64,000 nt of DNA from Bacteroidales bacterium (lineage in GTDB: Bacteria > Bacteroidota > Bacteroidia > Bacteroidales > VadinHA17), in the NCBI GenBank assembly GCA_035414025.1, contig DAONXX010000001.1:31392-95391 (forward strand), read 5' to 3'. Under the pieces are notes generated by a model. The model was given only the letters and a program-made list of their open reading frames with translations, did no database searches and was not told the origin of the DNA. The position numbers and the translations under genes were made by a program. Within the stretch, counting starts at the first letter, position 1; every line of letters begins with the position of its first letter. Below, one piece after another: positions 57,853 to 64,000 of this stretch.

Positions 57853-58401
57853 ATGAAATCACCCATACTCATATCTCTGTTACTTCTGGCAGTAATAACC
57901 GTATCTGCCCAGCCATACAAGAGACCAGCCACACTCAACCCTAATTCGGGCTATTCCAATGTGAATGAACTTGCGGGCGGTTTCGGACTTGGAATTACTT
58001 CAGAGGATTACGCAAGACATTTTGTGGGTTTTACAACAACTCACGGCTACCAGCTTAATCTGTTTGGCTTGAATGTTAAAAGCAATCTTTTCGGTGGACT
58101 GGGTACAGGTATATTAGTATATAACGGCGGCTTGCTTTTTCCGCTTTACGGAGATTTCAGGTTCACCTGGAACCGGACGAAACCCACGCCTTTTATATTT
58201 GGTCGTAGCGGACTCTTAATAAATCCTGATGACTTTGACCATGGTACCAGGCAGTTCATAAACCTCGGCGGAGGGATCAGGCTAAGGCTCAATGAACGGT
58301 TTACCGCATCCTTCAGTCCCGGCATAATGGTCCAGATGGGCAACCTTGTGCCAAGAGACGCTTTCATTGATTTTAAGCTTGGATTGGCATTCAAACCATA
58401 A
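57853..58401 (+). CDS. small outer-membrane beta-barrel protein (hypothetical)
   Basis: Signal peptide MKSPILISLLLLAVITVSAQ from the ATG at 57853. Glycine/aromatic alternating strands. 182 aa. Confidence 0.5.
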   Translation: MKSPILISLLLLAVITVSAQPYKRPATLNPNSGYSNVNELAGGFGLGITSEDYARHFVGFTTTHGYQLNLFGLNVKSNLFGGLGTGILVYNGGLLFPLYGDFRFTWNRTKPTPFIFGRSGLLINPDDFDHGTRQFINLGGGIRLRLNERFTASFSPGIMVQMGNLVPRDAFIDFKLGLAFKP

Positions 58402-58561
58402 TAATTTATATATTGCTTACCGTACAGTGGATAATATGTGTGTGTGCGCTGAACCTTATACCAACAACATGACATCACAAAACATAACTCACACTTCTTT
58501 TAATAAGCTTCGGAAGACAATTTAACCTTATTAAAAAATTGAACGCTTATTGTTTTGAAAA

Positions 58562-60526
58562 ATGAAGGATAAAAGACTCAATTTACACCTGTTTCTGAGG
58601 GAGAAAGCCCTCATGCTATTCAGCAAGTATTCCATGCCCAGGTGGATGGTATTCATCTTTGATAGTCTTGCTGTTTTTTGTATGTTTTTTGTAGCATATA
58701 TCCTGAGATTTAATTTTGATCTTCATGCTTTCAGTTTTCCACTGGCCTTCAGCCATGCTTTTGTAACATTTGTCGTATATGCAATTTTCAACCTTGTATT
58801 CCGTTCATATTCAGGACTTATGCGGCATTCAACGCTCACTGATATATCTTATGTATTTATAGTAACAACAATTTCATCAGGAACTTTAATTTTAATAACC
58901 TTGCTAAGCAGGTTAATGAACTGTGGCGAGGTCTTTAATATCCCGATCTCGATTATCCTTATTCATTATGTTTCAATAACAGTATTCCTGTTCTTTGTGA
59001 GGGTCTTAATAAAACTTGTTTTTCGCTGGGCAACAAATATTCATTATGAATCAAATAGAGTCATTATTTACGGTGCCGGCGAACTCGGTTTCATTGTAAA
59101 ACGTGTACTTCTGACCGACCCGAAGGCAGGCTTTTATGTTGTTGGTTTTATAGACGATGACAGCAGTCTGCAGGGCAAGAAGATAAATGGCATCCCGGTC
59201 TATGGTTTTAATGCAATAACAAAGGATTTTGTTATAAAGAACAGGCTTGACAGCATGATAATTGCTATCAATAAATTAAGCAGTGAAAGAAAGGCTGAAA
59301 TGATTCGTTCTGCTATTGATCTTGGACTGGAGGTATTGGATACTCCTTCAGTTGATACATGGCTTAACGGACAGCTGCAACCCCGGCAGATCCGGAAAGT
59401 GAAGCTTGAGGATCTGCTTGGCAGGGATCCTATTAAGATCGATATGGATAAGATAGGGAAAGGCCTGAATGACAAGACGATCCTTGTGACAGGCGCAGCC
59501 GGCTCAATAGGAGCGGAGATAGTGCGTCAGCTGGCACGATTCAGGATAAAACAGGTGATCCTTGTCGATCAGGCAGAGACTCCGGTTTTTCATCTTGAGA
59601 ATGAGATCAAAAGTAAATTCAGCGACCTGAACTATCATATTATTCTTGGAGATATCACGAATTCCCGCAAGATGGAAATCATTTTCAGGGAATTTAAGCC
59701 GGAGATAGTGTTCCATGCAGCAGCCTATAAGCATGTACCCCTGATGGAAGAAAATCCTCATGAGGCTTTGAGGGTTAATGTAGGAGGGACAAAGATAGTG
59801 ACCGATATGGCTGTCAAATACGGAGCAGATAAGTTTGTCATGATTTCAACCGATAAGTCCGTTAATCCTTCGAGTGTGATGGGCGCTTCAAAAAGAACCT
59901 GTGAGATGCTTGTTCAGTCGGTTGCCGAGAAGTCTGGAATGAAGACCAAGTTTGTCATCACACGTTTTGGAAACGTACTTGGTTCAAATGGCTCAGTGAT
60001 CCCAATATTCACTAAACAGATAAATGAAGGCGGACCAATAACCGTTACTCATCCGGATATAACAAGATATTTCATGACAATCCCCGAAGCTTGTGAGCTT
60101 GTGTTGGAAGCAGGATTCACGGGCAAAGGCAATGAGATCTATGTTTTTGATATGGGGGATCCCATAAAGATATCTGATCTTGCCTTGCAGATGATAAAAC
60201 TTTCCGGACTGGAGCCTGAAAAAGATATTAAGATAGTTTATACCGGCCTTCGTCCCGGAGAGAAGCTTTATGAAGAACTTCTAACTGACAGCGAGAAGAC
60301 TCTCCCCACCCACCATCCGAAGATCCGGATCGCACAAGTCCAGAAATATGATTATCCTATTCTCCTTTCGAAGATCGAATTGCTTGTAAGAAATGCTTAC
60401 CTTCTTACAAAAGAAGAAGTTGTAAATCTTTTCAAAGAGATAGTGCCGGAGTTTCAAAGTCCGGATGGAAGTCATGATAAGCAAAGTAAAAAGGAGAGAG
60501 CAGGCAGGAAGAAGAGAGTAATTTGA
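58562..60526 (+). CDS. polysaccharide biosynthesis protein, CapD/WbpM/PglF-like nucleotide-sugar 4,6-dehydratase
   Basis: N-terminal four TM helices, Rossmann motif VTGAAGSIGAEI, and YKHVPLME. 654 aa. Confidence 0.9.
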   Translation: MKDKRLNLHLFLREKALMLFSKYSMPRWMVFIFDSLAVFCMFFVAYILRFNFDLHAFSFPLAFSHAFVTFVVYAIFNLVFRSYSGLMRHSTLTDISYVFIVTTISSGTLILITLLSRLMNCGEVFNIPISIILIHYVSITVFLFFVRVLIKLVFRWATNIHYESNRVIIYGAGELGFIVKRVLLTDPKAGFYVVGFIDDDSSLQGKKINGIPVYGFNAITKDFVIKNRLDSMIIAINKLSSERKAEMIRSAIDLGLEVLDTPSVDTWLNGQLQPRQIRKVKLEDLLGRDPIKIDMDKIGKGLNDKTILVTGAAGSIGAEIVRQLARFRIKQVILVDQAETPVFHLENEIKSKFSDLNYHIILGDITNSRKMEIIFREFKPEIVFHAAAYKHVPLMEENPHEALRVNVGGTKIVTDMAVKYGADKFVMISTDKSVNPSSVMGASKRTCEMLVQSVAEKSGMKTKFVITRFGNVLGSNGSVIPIFTKQINEGGPITVTHPDITRYFMTIPEACELVLEAGFTGKGNEIYVFDMGDPIKISDLALQMIKLSGLEPEKDIKIVYTGLRPGEKLYEELLTDSEKTLPTHHPKIRIAQVQKYDYPILLSKIELLVRNAYLLTKEEVVNLFKEIVPEFQSPDGSHDKQSKKERAGRKKRVI

Positions 60527-60580
60527 ATTGCCTGTAACCAGTCACCAGTCACATAATCACTAAACGATCAATTGACCAGT

Positions 60581-62515
60581 ATGCGTAAAATACTAATTCA
60601 GATAATATTACTATCGCTTACATTTTCCCTTAGTTCTCAGGAACGCCCTGATCTCGGTCTTAACGGTACAGTTACCTGGATCGACGATACTCATATCAGG
60701 GTTGAATATGACTGGAGTAATAATAACCAATTGCTTGACTGGACAACAACAAGCGGATCATCACTGGTTCGTGGAAATGGGGCTGTCATAATAAACAACG
60801 GTACTGTCCCTGTACGTGCCATGATCTGGACCCGGGGCATAAAATGCAGTAAGATTATTGCAGAAGATGTTGTTGCACTTACAGACGAAGGTCATCATCT
60901 GAACTTCTATGCTAATCTGAACACTTTCACAGGTGAGAATTATTTTCCCGATCCCGGACTTGGTGCTGTACTTGCCACTTATAAGAATTTTTGGGTTCAC
61001 AATGGTACAAAGACAGATAACATAGGAATTCCGTATATTGTTGTAGGTGTCCCTCAGGATTATGAATTCACTATGTCTGCAGAGGGCATGACAATAAAAT
61101 CTTCGGTTGATAATGTTATTTACTCATATAATAATCCTTGTACTCCGTTGCCGGACAGGAAAATTGCGCTTGGAGGCTGGGGCGGTAATACACAATGGGG
61201 CAAGATAACTATTGAAGGTGAAATAATTTTACCTGGACAGGAAGAACAAATCCCATCAGATGTAATCAATATCCAGAGTACCGGATCCGTTTTTGCACCC
61301 GTGATTGAAGTTACAGGCAATCCGGTTATTGAATGGATTTTTGACGATTTAACAACAAGCTCATCTGCAACACCTGTAAAAGAGTATGGTAGCACCGGAT
61401 CGCGCCGGAATTACCTGAAGGTTACACCATGGTCTGCTTTAGTCGGTATAAATGTAGGATATGACGCAGCAGATGGAGGTTATGGAGATTTTGCAATGGT
61501 CAGGAACCAGTTTGTTGAGAAATTTGATAATTTGTCTATTGTAAAAGATAATCTGGAATATTTATGTGCAAATTACAACCTCCTGGCAGAACTTGACCTG
61601 AGAGGCTTTAGTGCAATAAAGTTTATTGAGTTATACAGATGCCACAGACTGAAAAAATTGAGTTTAGACTCTCATCCTGTTCTGGAAAGGCTCTGTGTCG
61701 AAAATTGTGATCTTGATGGTCTTGATCTCTCAGGTTGCTCCGGTCTTGAAGATCTGAGGGCAGCTCAAAACACTTATGCTTCAATAAATTGGGGTTCAAT
61801 CGGACAATCCTTATGGCATATTTGCATACGGGATAATCCACAAATGACAGTGAACATACCCGATCTGACACAATTTCCCGTATTGAGGGAATTGTATATC
61901 TGGAATACAAACCAGACAGGAGCTTTAATATGCAATAATTCTGTTATCAGGGAGATTATAGTATATAATAATCAGTATTCCAGTGTTGATCTGGAAGGAT
62001 GCACAGGATTGAGAATCCTTTTATTGTCCGGGAATCCCTTAACTTCTATTAACCTGGGGACAGCAGAAGCTTTAAGAAATGTTACATTAAACAGATGTGG
62101 TTTAAATCAAACACAGATAGATTACGTTTTGCAGACGCTTGATGCAAATGGCCTTAGTAACGGGATACTTGACTTAACATTAAATGAAGAACCATCTTTA
62201 TTTGGAAAGGTCTGTTTACGCAATCTGATAAATAAGGGCTGGAAAGTTGAAGGCGTGACCGGAATTGAAGATTTTCAGGACAATACGGGATTAATGAATA
62301 TCATCATGACTGACTTTGAAATGAGAGTATTGTTAAAGGACAATTTCATTTCCTGGAATGCAGGATTATATAATGTAAACGGTGTCAGACTTTTTAGTAA
62401 ACTTATTGATAGTGATGAGATTGTGTTTAATATTTCTTCTCTTGCGAGTGGAGTTTATATGGTAGAACTTACTGATGGAAAGCAGAGACATGTAAAGAAA
62501 GTGCTTATCAGGTAA
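60581..62515 (+). CDS. leucine-rich-repeat protein with T9SS C-terminal sorting domain
   Basis: Signal peptide MRKILIQIILLSLTFSLSSQ. About 290-aa beta-rich N-terminal region, then LRRs (LDLRGFSAIKFIELYRCHRLKKLSL..., LDLSGCSGLEDLRAA...). C-terminal CTD-like GVYMVELTDGKQRHVKKVLIR. Confidence 0.75.
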   Translation: MRKILIQIILLSLTFSLSSQERPDLGLNGTVTWIDDTHIRVEYDWSNNNQLLDWTTTSGSSLVRGNGAVIINNGTVPVRAMIWTRGIKCSKIIAEDVVALTDEGHHLNFYANLNTFTGENYFPDPGLGAVLATYKNFWVHNGTKTDNIGIPYIVVGVPQDYEFTMSAEGMTIKSSVDNVIYSYNNPCTPLPDRKIALGGWGGNTQWGKITIEGEIILPGQEEQIPSDVINIQSTGSVFAPVIEVTGNPVIEWIFDDLTTSSSATPVKEYGSTGSRRNYLKVTPWSALVGINVGYDAADGGYGDFAMVRNQFVEKFDNLSIVKDNLEYLCANYNLLAELDLRGFSAIKFIELYRCHRLKKLSLDSHPVLERLCVENCDLDGLDLSGCSGLEDLRAAQNTYASINWGSIGQSLWHICIRDNPQMTVNIPDLTQFPVLRELYIWNTNQTGALICNNSVIREIIVYNNQYSSVDLEGCTGLRILLLSGNPLTSINLGTAEALRNVTLNRCGLNQTQIDYVLQTLDANGLSNGILDLTLNEEPSLFGKVCLRNLINKGWKVEGVTGIEDFQDNTGLMNIIMTDFEMRVLLKDNFISWNAGLYNVNGVRLFSKLIDSDEIVFNISSLASGVYMVELTDGKQRHVKKVLIR

Positions 62516-62652
62516 GCCGGTGGGGAGTTGGCAAAAGGGCAGATTGCAATTTTGAGTAATAAGTATTTATTGCATTACATCTGGCATCCATACTCCAAAC
62601 GCCGTAAGCCTGTTTTCCCTGAATTTTTTCATTACCAGCAAATATATTTTAT

Positions 62653-63798
62653 ATGAATTTAACACTGATAGCCGGCGCCCGTCCGAATTTCATGAAGATC
62701 GCACCCATTATTCATGCGATCAAAAATACTGATGTCAGTCATAATAAGATTAACTACAGGCTTGTTCACACAGGACAACATTATGACCGGAACATGAGCG
62801 GTTCTTTTTTCGAAGACCTTAACATTCCTGAACCTGATGTTAATCTTGAATGTAATGGAGGATCTCAGGCTGAGCAAACAGCAGCAATCATGATTGCATT
62901 TGAGAAGGAGTTAATGAACAATCCTGCCGATATTGTAATGGTTGTAGGTGATGTCACTTCAACAATGGCCTGTTCGATCGTTGCCAAAAAATTAAATACA
63001 AAGGTAGCTCATGTTGAAGCAGGCATACGTTCTTTTGATCTTACCATGCCTGAAGAAATCAACAGGATGGTCACCGACTGTCTTACTGATTATTTCTTTA
63101 CTACAAGTGAGACAGCAAATGAAAATTTAAAAAAGCTGGGAGTTCCTGATAACAGGATCTTTTTTGTCGGCAATGTGATGATAGATACTCTTATGGCCAA
63201 CAGGGAGAGATTCCGTAAACCTGCATTCTTTGATGATCTCCGGCTGGAAGCACAAAATTAGCTGGTTCTTACTCTTCATCGCCCTGCCAATGTAGATGAA
63301 GCGGATAGATTGAAAAATTTTCTCAGTGCAATAATTGATAATTCCGGGGGTATGCCAATAATATTTCCGGTCCACCCGCGTACAGCTAAAATTATTTCAG
63401 AATCAGGATTTAAAAGTATTATTAACTCATCAAATCTCACTTATACACAATTTACTTCTTTCAATAATAATTCCGGGAACAACCTGTTTTTGACACAACC
63501 TTTAGGTTATCTTGAATTTAACTACCTGGTTGAGAGATCAAAAGCTGTGATAACTGATTCAGGTGGCATTACTGAAGAAACAACAGTAATGGGAGTTCCA
63601 TGTATGACACTCAGGGATAATACCGAGCGGCCTGAAACAATTACGCTTGGCACAAATGAATTGGTTGGGACGGATCCGGGGGCTTTGAAGACTTATATGG
63701 ACAGACTATTGGAAGGTAAATGGAAAAAAGGCAGTATCCCTGCGCTATGGGATGGAAAAACAGCTGACAGGATCCTTCAGGTACTGCTGTCTTTATAG
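62653..63798 (+). pseudogene. wecB: UDP-N-acetylglucosamine 2-epimerase (non-hydrolysing) interrupted by a single in-frame TAG
   Basis: ORFs 62653..63261 and 63310..63798 are in the same frame. The sequence reads ...RLEAQN-TAG(63259..63261)-LVLTLHRPANVDEADRL.... Motifs HTGQHYD, VHPRT and DSGGITEE span the two halves. Confidence 0.8.
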
Positions 63799-63838
63799 AT
63801 CAGGTACTGATATAAATAACTCTGAATACAGTACTCAG

Positions 63839-63846
63839 TACTTTTG
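63839..63846 (+). promoter_or_regulatory. candidate -7 element TACTTTTG
   Basis: Exact TAnnTTTG match 51 nt upstream of the ATG at 63897. Confidence 0.3.
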
Positions 63847-63896
63847 CCTATATTAAAAATTTCGTAAATTTATAGAATAAACCATCTTATTCAGAA

Positions 63897-64000
63897 ATGA
63901 ATCGCTCGAAATACTGCCTGCTGCCCATTAGCTGTTTCCTGCTGCTTTTCCTGTCCATTGCAGCTTATGCACAGGCTCCCGAAGGCTTTAATTACAGCGC
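63897..64000 (+). CDS. secreted protein, N-terminal fragment (continues beyond the window)
   Basis: MNRSKYCLLPISCFLLLFLSIAAYAQAPEGFNYS... is a signal-peptide-like start, and the frame is open to the window end. Confidence 0.4.
   Translation, partial: MNRSKYCLLPISCFLLLFLSIAAYAQAPEGFNYS

Noticed and set aside
58437-58446. A (TG)5 microsatellite upstream of the capD-like gene, considered as a slipped-strand phase-variation tract.
   Set aside because: - Only five units are present.
- It lies 115 nt upstream of the ATG and is not between recognisable promoter elements.
- It is too short to call a contingency locus.
63259-63261. The idea that the in-frame TAG in wecB reflects a reassigned genetic code.
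   Set aside because: TAG is used as the terminal stop of well-delimited genes in the same window (PafA-like at 5122..5124, rng at 11425..11427, apbE at 54634..54636). Their lengths match family expectations.
1-64000. Search for CRISPR arrays, tRNA/rRNA/tmRNA/RNase P/SRP RNAs, transposases, integrases, prophage genes, and restriction-modification or toxin-antitoxin pairs.
   Set aside because: - I saw no regularly spaced direct repeats.
- I saw no GGTTCGAATCC-type T-arm signatures outside CDSs.
- I saw no GAGGAAAGTCC (RNase P) motif and no tmRNA tag or CCA-end motifs.
- No ORFs carry recombinase, transposase or nuclease-methylase signatures.
- This was a by-eye search, so short or divergent elements could be missed.

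Overview
Overall: this window reads as a dense, mostly syntenic core-chromosome segment of a Bacteroidota genome. The evidence for that phylum is the presence of T9SS/gliding genes, TAnnTTTG-type promoter motifs, no Shine-Dalgarno signals, and a Na+-NQR plus 2-oxoglutarate:ferredoxin oxidoreductase metabolism. I support about 62 protein-coding genes. I found no rRNA or tRNA genes, no CRISPR array, no transposase, integrase or phage genes, and no recognisable restriction, toxin-antitoxin or defence module.

Gene blocks in order:
- hisS (3' part), ychF, a T9SS-sorted M14 carboxypeptidase and a PafA-like phosphatase.
- On the minus strand: ssb, gldE, gldD, an Sfp-type PPTase and a GGGPS/PcrB-family prenyltransferase.
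- hup, an unannotated 30-codon basic micro-ORF, rng and dsbD.
- A small T9SS cargo protein and an M19 dipeptidase.
- On the minus strand: an acyltransferase, an SDR and a VOC protein; then hslR-like, pth, rplY, prs, engB, a MORN lipoprotein and manA.
- udk with an overlapping exonuclease gene; pdxJ.
- The conserved envelope cluster: CBS protein, nadK, two OM barrel proteins, uppS, bamA, two skp genes and murI.
- korAB.
- On the minus strand: queD, folE and fabD.
- mqnB and mqnD, a nitroreductase and a truncated CarbopepD-like gene.
- porP/sprF, an OmpH-like gene and a GT2 gene; ftsB; a T9SS plug-like gene.
- nqrABCDEF and apbE.
- A polysaccharide locus: LbH acyltransferase, wzi, a small OMP, capD-like, an LRR T9SS cargo protein, and wecB carrying an in-frame TAG.

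I do not see a convincing self-contained novel multi-gene system. The best leads are modest:
- the hyper-basic micro-ORF after hup
- the single in-frame TAG in wecB
- the gldE-gldD-PPTase-GGGPS co-oriented unit
- a four-Cys single-TM mini-protein abutting apbE, which may be NqrM-like
- a decayed CarbopepD-like gene next to porP/sprF
- two perfect 17-bp palindromic operator candidates
- a 518-bp non-coding gap inside the polysaccharide locus

Limits: all product calls rest on motif and synteny recognition by eye. No database search was possible.
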